NCBI GenBank assembly: GCA_046703825.1
Contig: JBJKSO010000075.1
Span: 19,760-83,759 of the forward strand
Reading direction: 5' to 3'
Source: Candidatus Dormibacteria bacterium
GTDB taxonomy: Bacteria > Chloroflexota > Dormibacteria > Aeolococcales > Bog-877
Length of the DNA: 64,000 bases
The notes under the pieces are model-generated. The model was not told the origin of the DNA. It was given only the letters and a program-made list of their open reading frames with translations, and made no database searches. Shown here piece by piece: positions 9,250 through 18,680 of this stretch (the first letter of the stretch is position 1; each line of letters begins with the position of its first letter). The position numbers and the translations under genes are program-made.

Positions 9250-10701
9250 CTAGCCTCCCGACGCCGGTCTCAGCCTGCGCCCGAGGCTGGCCCGGGCGGT
9301 GCGGAGTTCCTCGGTGGTCACCCCGCCGGTCACCACCAAGGCGCCCAGGTAGAACAATCCGGCCAGCGGCACGGTCCAGAACACCGATTGGCCCGCCAGC
9401 ACCAGGATGATCCCGGCCATGAGCCCGCCGGAAACCACGATCGGCAGGAAGGGACGCAACCAGGGCAGCTGGTGGTCGAGCCGGCGGCGCACCATCCAGT
9501 AACCGGCTATGAGCAAGAACACCTCGGTGATGACAGTAGCCCAACTGGAGCCAAGATAGCCGTCCGGCCGGGAATAGAGGGGGATCAATATCAGGTTGAG
9601 TACGACGTTGACGACGATGCTCATCACCGAAAGCCGGACGGTGTCGCCCTGGCGGTCCATCGCCCCCAGGCCGAACACGTAGGTGTTGTTGACGAACAGG
9701 AACACCAGAGCAAACGCCAAGATTTGCAGGGAAGGCACGGACTGGTGGTACACGTGCAGAAACGTCAGCAAGGGACCGGCTCCGAACCCCAGCGCCAAGG
9801 CGATCGGCATCGCCACCAGCGCCAGCAGGCGACAGGTGGCGGTGTAGGCCCGGCGCATGCGCTCCAGCTCGCCCAAGTGCAGCACCGCCAGCGCCGGGAA
9901 GACCGCATTCATCACCGTCTGGGGAACAAAGGAGAACCCGTCCAAGAATTTGTACGCGGCCTGGTAGTAGCCGACCTGCGTTGGTCCGCGCATGGCGTTG
10001 AGGATCACCACGTCGATGCGGAAGTACACCGTGTTCAAGAAGAAGACCAGAGCGAAGGGGAGCGACAGCCGCAGCAGCTGACGCACCAGCACCGGATCGA
10101 TATGCACCTCCGGCCGGAAGTAGCGCCGGGCGATCACCAGCGGCGCGTAGACGCAGGTGGCGGCGTAGCTGGCGGCGTACACCCACAAGTAGGCCGAAAG
10201 CCCCAGCCGCGCGTGCGCCACCAAAAAGGTGCCCACCAGCAGGATCAGCGCCTCCATGATGGTGGCGACCGCTTCGTAGCGGATCTCGCCGGTGGCAAAG
10301 AAGGTGCTCCGCAGCACATTGGCCACCGAGGTCGCCGTCATCAGCGCGAACGCGGGCCAGAAGACGAAGAGCAGAGACGGCCGGTCCGCCCCGGCCATCA
10401 GCCAAAGGGTGAGGAAGCTAGCGGCCAGCAGCGGCACCTTGGCCGCCAAGACCGCCGCCAGCAGCGACTTCAGCCGCGCGTTGTCGCGGCTGCCCTCGCG
10501 CAGGTAGACAATCTGCAACCCGAGGTCGGAGACGATGCCAGAGAGGTTGCTGAACACAACGATCACGCCGAACTCGCCGTAGCGGTAGGCGCCCAGGTAG
10601 TGCTGCTGCAGCAGGAAGACCAGCAAAACCAGCATCCGCGCCAGAGTCCGGGCGACGAACAGGATGGTGGTGTTGCGGACGGTGCGGTGCGCGAGGCTCA
10701 A
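9250..10701 (-). CDS. wzx: polysaccharide flippase (Wzx, MOP superfamily)
   Basis: 483 aa, about 12-14 hydrophobic segments, typical Wzx N-terminus (RNTTILFVARTLARMLVLLVF). Confidence 0.8.
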   Translation of the reverse strand: MSLAHRTVRNTTILFVARTLARMLVLLVFLLQQHYLGAYRYGEFGVIVVFSNLSGIVSDLGLQIVYLREGSRDNARLKSLLAAVLAAKVPLLAASFLTLWLMAGADRPSLLFVFWPAFALMTATSVANVLRSTFFATGEIRYEAVATIMEALILLVGTFLVAHARLGLSAYLWVYAASYAATCVYAPLVIARRYFRPEVHIDPVLVRQLLRLSLPFALVFFLNTVYFRIDVVILNAMRGPTQVGYYQAAYKFLDGFSFVPQTVMNAVFPALAVLHLGELERMRRAYTATCRLLALVAMPIALALGFGAGPLLTFLHVYHQSVPSLQILAFALVFLFVNNTYVFGLGAMDRQGDTVRLSVMSIVVNVVLNLILIPLYSRPDGYLGSSWATVITEVFLLIAGYWMVRRRLDHQLPWLRPFLPIVVSGGLMAGIILVLAGQSVFWTVPLAGLFYLGALVVTGGVTTEELRTARASLGRRLRPASGG

Positions 10702-10714
10702 CGGCCCAGCCCGC

Positions 10715-11953
10715 TCAGGTGGTGGCCGGCCGGGACCGACGCAGGCGGATCTGGCGAGCCACCGGCACCACCGCCACCGTCACCAGGGCAATCAAGGCCC
10801 ACCACTCCACCGAGAGGTCATTCTTCCAGTAGGGACTGTCGACCAGACCGTGGACCACGATGCCCACCCAGCTCAAGCTGAGGGCTGCCGCCCAGGGGTA
10901 CTGAAGCGGGCCGGCGCGCACCGCCGGGGCAAGAAAGCGGACCAGTTCAACGAACATCCCGATCAGGGCCACCAGTCCCAGCACCCCCAGCTCGACCCAG
11001 AAGTCCAGCTCCAGCTGGTCGGGGTAGACGTGGGTCTGGGTCGAGGGATCGTGGACCGCCGCGCGGTAGGGTGCGATCTGGGACTGGTAGTCGGCGAGCC
11101 CGGCCCCGGTGAAGGGATGGCTGCCGATCAGGTCGACGGTCGCGTGCCAGAGGTTGACCCGGGTGACCATGGAGTTGGCAGGGTTGTTGGGGTTGAGCTC
11201 GTTGCCCACGCGGTGGCGGATCCCCGGCACCAGCAGGGCCGCCACCATCAGGGCCACACAGCCGCTGAGCAGGACCCTTCGGCGCGGATGGATCGCCGCC
11301 GCCACCAGCGCCATCACCACCAGGGCAAGCCAGGAGCCCCGGCTCAGAGTGATCACGTCGCCGACGCCGAGCAGAATCAGCGCCGCCCAATGTACTCGCG
11401 GATGGCGGGTGCCCCCGAACAGGGCCAACCCGAGCGCCAGACCCACCAGAGGGTCGAGGAAGATCCCGCCAAAGTTGTTGTTGGTCCACAGCCAGGTGGG
11501 GTCGGGGGGATTGACGTTGAGGTTCAGCGTGTTGTTCCAGATCGCCGCCAGAAACGCCACCAGCTGCGAGCCGGCCACCACCGCCCCGCTCACGTAGAGG
11601 GCATAGGTGAACCGCTCCCAGTCCCAGCTGGAGCGGAGCACGTTCACCGCCACCACGAAGTAGGCGATCGGCTCGACTATGTAGGCGGCTCCGATCCCGA
11701 GTGCCGCCCGCCGGTCCGCACTGGCCGCGATCCCGATCACCATCGCCGCCAGCAGCACCATCGCCAGCACCGAGAAGGGCGTGTCCCACCTAGGGCGCCG
11801 GTTCTGCAGGGAGGACTCGAGGATGAACGCCAGCACGGTGAGCCCCAGCACCACCTCCAGGCCGGTGAAGGGCAGGCCGTCAAGGTGCCCGCGCAGGTCA
11901 TAGGCAGGGAGGGCCGCGGCGGTGAGGAAGACGCCTATACGACTCCACCGCAT
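10715..11953 (-). CDS. O-antigen ligase domain membrane protein (Wzy-like polymerase/ligase)
   Basis: 412 aa polytopic membrane protein with a large loop; position between wzx and trpS in a Wzx/Wzy-type locus. Confidence 0.65.
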   Translation of the reverse strand: MRWSRIGVFLTAAALPAYDLRGHLDGLPFTGLEVVLGLTVLAFILESSLQNRRPRWDTPFSVLAMVLLAAMVIGIAASADRRAALGIGAAYIVEPIAYFVVAVNVLRSSWDWERFTYALYVSGAVVAGSQLVAFLAAIWNNTLNLNVNPPDPTWLWTNNNFGGIFLDPLVGLALGLALFGGTRHPRVHWAALILLGVGDVITLSRGSWLALVVMALVAAAIHPRRRVLLSGCVALMVAALLVPGIRHRVGNELNPNNPANSMVTRVNLWHATVDLIGSHPFTGAGLADYQSQIAPYRAAVHDPSTQTHVYPDQLELDFWVELGVLGLVALIGMFVELVRFLAPAVRAGPLQYPWAAALSLSWVGIVVHGLVDSPYWKNDLSVEWWALIALVTVAVVPVARQIRLRRSRPATT

Positions 11954-12014
11954 CGGCGGGATTATAGGCGCCGCCTGAACTGGACCCCGGGCGGCAGGAA
12001 GGGCGAACCGGCGC

Positions 12015-13064
12015 TCAGCCGGCCACCGGCAGAGCCTGCCCGGGAAGTTGGCGCGAGATCGCTCGGGACGGCAACCCCACCCGGGCGCGCACCTCCGCCA
12101 TGGTTGCCTCCGCGACCGCGGCCGCCCGCTCCGCCCCCCGCTCCAAGATGGAGTCGAGCTCGGTCGGATCGGACATCAGCTGCCCGTAGCGGGCTTGGAT
12201 CGGCGCCAGCGCCTGCACCGCTTGCTCGGCGACCGCACGCTTGAGCTCCCCGTAGCCGCGCCCCTGGAAGTCGCCGAGCGTCTGCCGCGCGCTGGCCCCG
12301 GACAGGGCCGAGTGGATCTCCAGCAGGTTGGCCACCCCCGCGGAGATGGACTGCGGGTCCAGAGCGCTGGCGCTGTCCGTCTTGGCTCGCATCAACTTGG
12401 ACCGGATCAGGTCTGGGGGGTCGAGCAAACCGATCCTCCCCGCTTCTCCCCCGACGCTTTTGCTCATCTTGGCCTCCGGATCGTCCAGGGCCATGACCCG
12501 CGACCCCGCACCGCGGTGGCCGATCCTGGCCTCGGGCACCGGGAACGTCTCGCCGTACAGGTGGTTGAAGCGGGCGGCCAGATCGCGGGTCAGCTCCATA
12601 TGCTGGCGCTGGTCCTCCCCCACCGGCACGTAGCGCGCCTTGTAAAGGAGGATGTCGGCCGCCATCAGCACCGGGTAGATGAAGACGCCGCTTCCGATCG
12701 CCTCGGCGCCGTGGCGCCTTGAGCGGTCCTTGAACTGGGTCATCCGCTGCAGCCAGCCAACCGGGGTGAGGCAGGCCAGGATCCAGGCCAGTTCCGTGTG
12801 CTGCGGCACCTGCGACTGCAGCAGCAGCGTCGAGACCTCGGGGTCTATGCCGGCGGCCAGGTAGAGTGCCGCCACCTGCCGGCTCTTGCTGCGCAGCTCT
12901 TGGGGGTCGCGAACCACCGTGAGGGCGTGCAGGTCGACGACGCAGAAGAAGCCGCGCACCTCGCCCTGCTCCATGACCCAGGGACGCAGCGCCCCCAGCA
13001 GGTTGCCCAGGTGGAGATCGCCGTCCGGCTGCATCCCGCTGAAGACGATCGGGCGTTCGTCCAC
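12015..13064 (-). CDS. trpS: tryptophan--tRNA ligase
   Basis: C-terminal 349 aa of the 668-aa ORF: VDERPIVFSGMQPDGDLHLGNLLGAL (HIGH-type) and KMSKS (MALDDPEAKMSKS) motifs. GTG at 13064; the N-terminal half of the ORF is shadow. Confidence 0.9.
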   Translation of the reverse strand: MDERPIVFSGMQPDGDLHLGNLLGALRPWVMEQGEVRGFFCVVDLHALTVVRDPQELRSKSRQVAALYLAAGIDPEVSTLLLQSQVPQHTELAWILACLTPVGWLQRMTQFKDRSRRHGAEAIGSGVFIYPVLMAADILLYKARYVPVGEDQRQHMELTRDLAARFNHLYGETFPVPEARIGHRGAGSRVMALDDPEAKMSKSVGGEAGRIGLLDPPDLIRSKLMRAKTDSASALDPQSISAGVANLLEIHSALSGASARQTLGDFQGRGYGELKRAVAEQAVQALAPIQARYGQLMSDPTELDSILERGAERAAAVAEATMAEVRARVGLPSRAISRQLPGQALPVAG

Positions 13065-13096
13065 CGGGGGATTGTATCGGCGGGCCGGCGCCAGCC

Positions 13097-14551
13097 TCAG
13101 ACCTTCTCCGTGACCCGGTACTCGAGATGCGAGCCGAAGAGCAGCCGGGTCTGCGCCTCCAAAGCCGGGATCACGCTGAGCGCCAGGAACACCACCGGGT
13201 AGGCGACGGTCTGGAGGTCCACCCAGCGGCGATGCCACCAGGACCAGCCCTCGGGCCTCGGCTGAAGCCGGTTGTCCATGACCGCCACCGCCACGATGTT
13301 CAGCAGCGTGGTGGTCAGGATGATGGTGGCGCAGAGCTCCAAGATCCCTCCCAGGGTAGAGATGGCGTAGTCGAAGTTGAAGAGCGAGGGCAGGATGCCC
13401 GCCACCGCGATCAGCAGCGGGACGGTGGCCCAGCTCAGGTGGTTGAAGATCAGCATCTGGAATCGCTGCAGTCGCGACCGCAGGGGGATCTCGGGATGCT
13501 GGGTCATGCGGCTGGCGACGTAGGGGACGTCGGTCACTCCCCAGGCCCACCTCTTGATCTGCTCGTACTGGCTGACCAGGGTGCTGCCGTAGTCGGCCGC
13601 CTTCGGTGCGTCGCCGTACATGGGCAGGAAGGCGCCCCGGACGCGGAGCTGCTCGCCGTAGCGGAAAAACGCCTTCCAGAAGAAGCGAGAGTCCTCGGGG
13701 ATGACATCGTCGTCCCAGTAGCCGACCTCGTCCACCAGTCTCAGGCACATGGAGTAGGCGGAGAACATCACGAGCCGTTGCGGGTGCTGGTGCAGGTAGA
13801 GCTGCCACTGCGTGCTCAGCGTCGCCATGGAGCGCACCGCCGAGGGCACCCGCCAGAGATTGTTGAGGAAGATCGGCACCGGCTGCCAGATGGTGGTCTG
13901 GGGCGCGTCGTCGGTCAGGTAGTGGTAGCTGATGTAGCTGAAATACTGGGGATGGACGCGGTAGTCCGAATCGAGGTCGGTGACGATCACCTTGAGCGGA
14001 TCCAGACCCAGCCCGTCGCATCCCCGCTTCAGCACCGGGCCGCCGTAGGCCATGGCAGCCGACTTACCGACGACGATCCCCGGCAGCAGCGGGTCCTTTA
14101 TGTGCCAGAAGGCCCGGAACTCGTCCCCGAACTCCTCCTGCAGGCGCTCGACGTTGCGGCAACCATTGAGGTCCATCTCCCGGGTGATGATGGCGACCAC
14201 CTTCAGCTGGCTCGGGTAGTCAGCCGCCGCCAGCGCTTCCACCGTCGCCCGCAGCACCTCATAGCTTTCGGTGTAGGTGGGTATCAATACAGCGTGGACG
14301 ATGTCGCCGGCACTGCCGCGGCCTAGCCCCTTCCACCGCTCCGACCAGTTCTCCTGCTGGGCCGTCTCGAGTAACCGGATGCCCCGCAGGACGTAGCGAA
14401 AGGTATAGATCAGTTTGACCAGCCAGTAGAAGTCGAGCAGGCAGGCAAACAGGCCCAAGATCCACAGGTACTGGAAGTCGACAAAGGTGATGAAGAACCC
14501 GATTCCGAGCGGGGCCAGCAAGAGCGCCCACACCGTGAGTCCGGGCGCCAT
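13097..14551 (-). CDS. membrane family-2 glycosyltransferase, processive synthase-like (QxxRW motif)
   Basis: VLIPTYTESYEVLRATVEAL..VTDLDSD..QYEQIKRWAWG plus N- and C-terminal TM helices. ATG at 14551 (MAPGLTVWALL); a GTG at 14695 would leave only 16 bp to the divergent gene. Confidence 0.7.
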   Translation of the reverse strand: MAPGLTVWALLLAPLGIGFFITFVDFQYLWILGLFACLLDFYWLVKLIYTFRYVLRGIRLLETAQQENWSERWKGLGRGSAGDIVHAVLIPTYTESYEVLRATVEALAAADYPSQLKVVAIITREMDLNGCRNVERLQEEFGDEFRAFWHIKDPLLPGIVVGKSAAMAYGGPVLKRGCDGLGLDPLKVIVTDLDSDYRVHPQYFSYISYHYLTDDAPQTTIWQPVPIFLNNLWRVPSAVRSMATLSTQWQLYLHQHPQRLVMFSAYSMCLRLVDEVGYWDDDVIPEDSRFFWKAFFRYGEQLRVRGAFLPMYGDAPKAADYGSTLVSQYEQIKRWAWGVTDVPYVASRMTQHPEIPLRSRLQRFQMLIFNHLSWATVPLLIAVAGILPSLFNFDYAISTLGGILELCATIILTTTLLNIVAVAVMDNRLQPRPEGWSWWHRRWVDLQTVAYPVVFLALSVIPALEAQTRLLFGSHLEYRVTEKV

Positions 14552-14711
14552 CTCCCACAGCCGTTTCTCCACCGCCTGGCGGCGGCTCAGGCGTTCTGCC
14601 CGCCTGGCCAGCTTCTCAGGAGGGACAAAGGTGGGCAGGGCGCCGACCCGTGGCGGGGCCTCCACGGTCGCGTCGAGAGTTCCGAGGCTGTTCACAGGAT
14701 CGGGTCCTAGT

Positions 14712-15896
14712 ATGCAAGACGACCTTGTGAGACAAGCTGTTGACGGAGACCACCTGGTGCCAGAAGCTGAGCTATCCTCACTCTCCGTGGGTCGGCGATT
14801 GATCTCGCACTCGCTCTTGTGGGGCCGGCGGCTGGCAGCCCACCCCGCGGCGCGGGTGGTCGCGACCCTGCTGGCGGTGGCGGTCTTCGCCCACTCCGTC
14901 AACCTGGGCGCGGCCGTGAGCGCCTTCGCGCACCTGAACTGGCAGTGGACCGTACTGGCGTTCGCCTTCGGAGGCCTCTCGGTCGTGGCCAGCGTGATCG
15001 AGTGGGGCGCGTTGCTCCGGGGCGCCGGCAAGGCGCTCGGCTGGCGCTACATCGGCGGCTGGTACATGAAGGGGCTGTTCATCAACCAGTGCCTTCCCGC
15101 CGGGGTCGGGAGCGACGCCGTTCGCGCCGTCCAGGTGGGCCGGGTTGCGGGCCACGGTCCGGTGATCGCGTCACTGATCGGCAGCCGGATGGCCGGGACC
15201 CTGGGCATGGCGGTTTGGGGGCTGGTCGGCGCGCTGCTCCTACACGCGGTCTTCAGGATGCCCGACCTGGTCGGGTTCGCCAGCTTCAGCGGGGCCATGC
15301 TGCTCGCCTGGGGTCTGGCGCTGGGTGCCGAACACCTGATCGCCCGGCTGCGGGGCCGCGAGAGCATCGCCCCCGCCTGGCTGCGCCACCCGCTGCGCAA
15401 GTACGCCCTTCCGTTCGTCCGGGCACTGGCCAACTACCGGGGGCGTCCGGCGGCGCTCGCCGTCTCGATCCTGGCCGGTGCGGTGGGCTGGGGGTTGAAC
15501 CTCTTCTCCATGGAGATGTTCAGCCGCGCCCTCGGCTACGACGTGTCATGGATCGTGTTCGCGCTGGCCCTGCCGATCGCGCTGGTGGTGACCTTCATCC
15601 CCATCTCCGCCAACGGCATCGGCATCCGCGAGGGGGTGCTGGTGTTCCTGTTGGTGCAGTTCCACGTGCCGATCGGGGTTGCGGTCGCCTTGAGCCTGTT
15701 CATGGACGTGCAATTGCTCCCGTTCGCCATCAGCGGCGGCCTGCTGCACCTTTGCGAGGCCACCCTGCGCCGCAGCTACCGCTGCTTGGCCCAGGCGCGA
15801 CCGCGGGGGCCGATGCTGAGGGCCGTCCACAATCCCCTGCACTACGTGGTCGCGCCCGAGTCGGTGCTGGAGTTGAGCCACCGCTCCTACCGCTGA
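14712..15896 (+). CDS. lysylphosphatidylglycerol-synthase-TM / flippase-like (UPF0104) membrane protein
   Basis: ATG at 14712 (MQDDLVRQAVDGDHLV) followed by about 8 TM segments typical of the LPG_synthase_TM family commonly paired with GT2 enzymes. Upstream part of the 469-aa ORF is antisense shadow of the GT2 gene. Confidence 0.7.
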   Translation: MQDDLVRQAVDGDHLVPEAELSSLSVGRRLISHSLLWGRRLAAHPAARVVATLLAVAVFAHSVNLGAAVSAFAHLNWQWTVLAFAFGGLSVVASVIEWGALLRGAGKALGWRYIGGWYMKGLFINQCLPAGVGSDAVRAVQVGRVAGHGPVIASLIGSRMAGTLGMAVWGLVGALLLHAVFRMPDLVGFASFSGAMLLAWGLALGAEHLIARLRGRESIAPAWLRHPLRKYALPFVRALANYRGRPAALAVSILAGAVGWGLNLFSMEMFSRALGYDVSWIVFALALPIALVVTFIPISANGIGIREGVLVFLLVQFHVPIGVAVALSLFMDVQLLPFAISGGLLHLCEATLRRSYRCLAQARPRGPMLRAVHNPLHYVVAPESVLELSHRSYR

Positions 15897-16924
15897 GCCG
15901 CGGGCTCTCGCTCGGCACTGAGAATTCTGCGCTTGCGCTCCGCGCCCCAGCGGTAGCCTCCGCTGTCGCCAGCGGCAGGCACCACTCGGTGGCAAGGCAC
16001 GATCAGGGCCACCTGGTTGCTCGCGCAGGCGCGGGCCACCGCTCGGGCGCCGCGGGGCAAGCCGAGGTCGTCCGCGATCTCGCCGTAGCTGGCCGTCTGA
16101 CCTCTCGGGATCCGCTGCAGCCGCTGCCAGACCCGCCACTGAAAGAGGGTGCCCTGGAGATCAAGCGGCACCCGCACTCCGGGATCCTGCCCCTCCGCCA
16201 TCTGGCGAACGACTTCCAGAAGGTGGGCGGTGGACTCCTGGTCCCTGCAGATGGAAGCTGCACAGAACTCGCGCTCCAGCTCGGCGGCAAGCCCCTCCTC
16301 CTCGGCGCCCAGCTTCACCGCGCAGACCCCCAGGTCCGTGGCTGCGACCAGTAGGGCGCCTAGCGAGCAACCCACCACCCCGTAGCGGATCTCGAGGCCG
16401 CCACCCCGGCGCCGATACTGGCCGGGCTTCATGCCCAGGCTGAGGGCGGTCCGCTCGTAGAGGGCGCGGCTGGAACCGAAGCCGGCCTGGTAGATGGCGT
16501 CGGTGACACTCTGGCCGTCCTGGAGCGCCTGCTTGAGACGCCCGACCCGGACGGCTCGCGCATACGCGGGCGGAGAGACGCCCAGCGCGCGTCGGAAGCG
16601 CCGCACCAGGCTGCGGTCGCTGATCCCAACCCAGTCCGCCAGCGACGACAGCGTCACGGGACCTTCGCTCAACTCGAGCCGTTGACGCACGGCCTCCAGC
16701 GCGTGGTCAGCATCGGGCCGGCACTGAAGGCAGGGCCGGAAGCCCGCCCGAGCCGCCTGGCCGGGGCTGCTGAAGAACCGCAGCTGCTCACGGGGTCCGG
16801 GGGCTGCACAACAGCCGAGTCGACAGAAGACGCCGGTGCCGACCGCTCCGTAGATGCTCGGCGCCCCCGCCTCACCAAGCTTCGCGGCGGCACCGATGGG
16901 ATCGGCCGCTGGTTGTACACGCAT
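15887..16924 (-). CDS. ada: bifunctional Ada: Zn-Cys4 methylphosphotriester repair/AraC-type regulator plus O6-methylguanine-DNA methyltransferase
   Basis: 345 aa; N-terminal FCRLGCC..PCLQC Cys cluster, central AraC HTH, C-terminal MGMT active site IVPCHRVV. Confidence 0.85.
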   Translation of the reverse strand: MRVQPAADPIGAAAKLGEAGAPSIYGAVGTGVFCRLGCCAAPGPREQLRFFSSPGQAARAGFRPCLQCRPDADHALEAVRQRLELSEGPVTLSSLADWVGISDRSLVRRFRRALGVSPPAYARAVRVGRLKQALQDGQSVTDAIYQAGFGSSRALYERTALSLGMKPGQYRRRGGGLEIRYGVVGCSLGALLVAATDLGVCAVKLGAEEEGLAAELEREFCAASICRDQESTAHLLEVVRQMAEGQDPGVRVPLDLQGTLFQWRVWQRLQRIPRGQTASYGEIADDLGLPRGARAVARACASNQVALIVPCHRVVPAAGDSGGYRWGAERKRRILSAEREPAAQR

Positions 16925-16957
16925 GGGTGGCAGCCTAGCCGCCGCGGGACGGACCGG

Positions 16958-17635
16958 CTATCCGGTTTCGGACTGCGTCGCCCACATCCGGCGCGCCAGG
17001 ATGACGAAGTGGCCGAGGGCGGTGATCGCCAGCAGCGCTCCCAGCCCCCAATCCACCTGCTGCGCCGGCCCACCGGCGAGTACCAGCAGCGAGGAGACGC
17101 CCAGGGTGAGCGCGGTCGCGAAAGTGTTGATCTTGCCCAGCGGGGTGGCCACCACTTGAGGCGGCTGGTGCAGCCAGGGGTAGAGGGCTAGGAAGCCCAG
17201 GGCGGGGAGGCCGTAGCGGGCCAGCACCAGTGCCCCCAACCAGATCGGCACGAACCCGACCAGCACGCAGCCGATGGTGGCGATGGCGAAGAAGACGGTG
17301 TCCATCGCCGGATCCAAGGCCCGGCCCAGCTCGGTGATCGGCCCGACGCGCCGGGCGATGTAGCCATCGGCCGCGTCCAGCGCCGCAATGGGTGCCGCTG
17401 TCGCAAGCAACAGTTCCCTGGCGAGGTGCAAGGGCGGCATCGCTGCATAAAGCAGCACGGGAATCGCCAGGTAGGCCCTCAGGGCTGTCAGCCCGTTGGG
17501 CACTCCCAGGCCATCGAAGGGCCGGCCCTCCGGATAAGTGCGAAGCAAGGACAAGCCCACAAACAGAAAGCCGGTGACCACCATCCACCAGGCGAGCGCC
17601 AGGCCAGCACCGAGCACCGGCGCTCCCCGTAGCAT
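16958..17635 (-). CDS. CDP-alcohol phosphatidyltransferase family protein
   Basis: DAADGYIARRVGPITELGRALDPAMD signature (D-G-x2-A-R-x8-G-x3-D-x3-D) with flanking TM helices. ATG 17635 chosen; the ORF extends to 17842 with an Arg/Gly-rich 70-aa leader. Confidence 0.7.
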   Translation of the reverse strand: MLRGAPVLGAGLALAWWMVVTGFLFVGLSLLRTYPEGRPFDGLGVPNGLTALRAYLAIPVLLYAAMPPLHLARELLLATAAPIAALDAADGYIARRVGPITELGRALDPAMDTVFFAIATIGCVLVGFVPIWLGALVLARYGLPALGFLALYPWLHQPPQVVATPLGKINTFATALTLGVSSLLVLAGGPAQQVDWGLGALLAITALGHFVILARRMWATQSETG

Positions 17636-17868
17636 GCCGGCGGTGGCACCGGCGGCCACTGCCAACGCCAGTCCGGCCGACTCCCACCGGACTGCGGACC
17701 AGCGCACCCCGGGGGAGGCGCGCCAGCGAACCACAGCGCCGCCTGTGAGTCGGCGCAGCGCTCGCCAGGGGCCGCCGCCAAACAGGGTCGGCAATCCCGC
17801 CCCAGCGCGCGGGGCGGCCCCGCCACCTGCCCTGTTGGCCACAGTGAGAGCGTAAGTGCTGGGAACGC

Positions 17869-18570
17869 TCAGTCGGCCGGGCGAGCCACCACGAGGTTGG
17901 CTGGCTTGATCACCTTGGCTCCGCTGCCGACCGCACGGCAGGCCGCCAGCATCGCCTGGGGAACTCGGCCGTCAGGCCAGAGGAGCCAGGCCTGGATGTC
18001 GAGGTACTTGTCGACCGTGGTTGCGGAGCGGTAGTCGAGGACCGCGTCGTCCAGCATCCACGCCCAGTCGCGGTCGTCGACCACGACCCAAAGTCCAGAG
18101 AGCCTGGGCTCGTTGCGTAGCAGCTCGGCGGCGGCTTTGCTTCGGTCCCAGTCGCCGCCCAACCGCGCAGTCGCAGCCTTGCTCTCCAGCGTGGGCGGTA
18201 GCGATTCGTCCTCGAGGTACAGGCGCACCGCCTCGACAAGTAGAGCAACCGCATCCTCCAAGAGTCCCCGCGCCTCGGGGAGGACCCGCAGGGCCCGGGC
18301 GAACAGAGCCACCCTGCCCTCGGCGCTCTCTCCTGTCAGTCCGATGGGAGCCCGAACCAAGCTATCTGCCGCCCTGGCGTCGACCGCGCCGCCGTCGATC
18401 TCCCTGAGCAGGGGCCAGCGCCCGGCGCGGCGGAAGCTGCGATAGACCGAGCCCAAGAGCGCCCGGTGCTCCCCCGCCCACGCCGCTGCCTGGATGAGCA
18501 TCTCTGCCCGAAGCTCGGCGCCTTGATCTCTCGGCCCTTCGCTCATCGCTCCATGGTCTCGCAGATTCAT
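17869..18570 (-). CDS. hypothetical protein (no recognisable domain)
   Basis: 234-266 aa ORF divergent from the MarR gene; start ATG 18570 or 18546; no motif recognised. Confidence 0.4.
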   Translation of the reverse strand: MNLRDHGAMSEGPRDQGAELRAEMLIQAAAWAGEHRALLGSVYRSFRRAGRWPLLREIDGGAVDARAADSLVRAPIGLTGESAEGRVALFARALRVLPEARGLLEDAVALLVEAVRLYLEDESLPPTLESKAATARLGGDWDRSKAAAELLRNEPRLSGLWVVVDDRDWAWMLDDAVLDYRSATTVDKYLDIQAWLLWPDGRVPQAMLAACRAVGSGAKVIKPANLVVARPAD

Positions 18571-18680
18571 AGCCTTCGCTTGGCCCACTTGAACCGTTTG
18601 ATGGCCGAAGGTAACCCGGGCCAAGACCCTGATGGCGGCAGCGGGTATGCTGGTGCGACTGTCTCCCAACCGACGGGGTC

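Noticed and set aside
5119-12244. Other large alternate-frame or antisense ORFs of up to 526 aa (5119-6687, 9388-10881, 10664-12244, 13127-14326, 14819-16354, 35889-37343, 43691-44992, 46584-47675, the first 880 nt of 48535-50694, 58439-59407).
   Set aside because: Same reason: no motifs, extreme R/P/G/A composition, and each is fully antisense or out-of-frame to a gene with clear family signatures.
12015-14021. 668-aa ORF spanning trpS treated as a possible large fusion protein.
   Set aside because: Only the C-terminal 349 aa match TrpS, starting at a GTG with the canonical N-terminus. The upstream 320 aa are low complexity and overlap the real GT2 gene in another frame.
16958-17842. Full 294-aa version of the CDP-alcohol phosphatidyltransferase ORF with an Arg/Gly-rich 70-aa N-terminal extension.
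   Set aside because: The extension lacks TM or catalytic features and looks like GC-driven read-through. The internal ATG at 17635 gives a typical 225-aa enzyme, but the longer form cannot be excluded.
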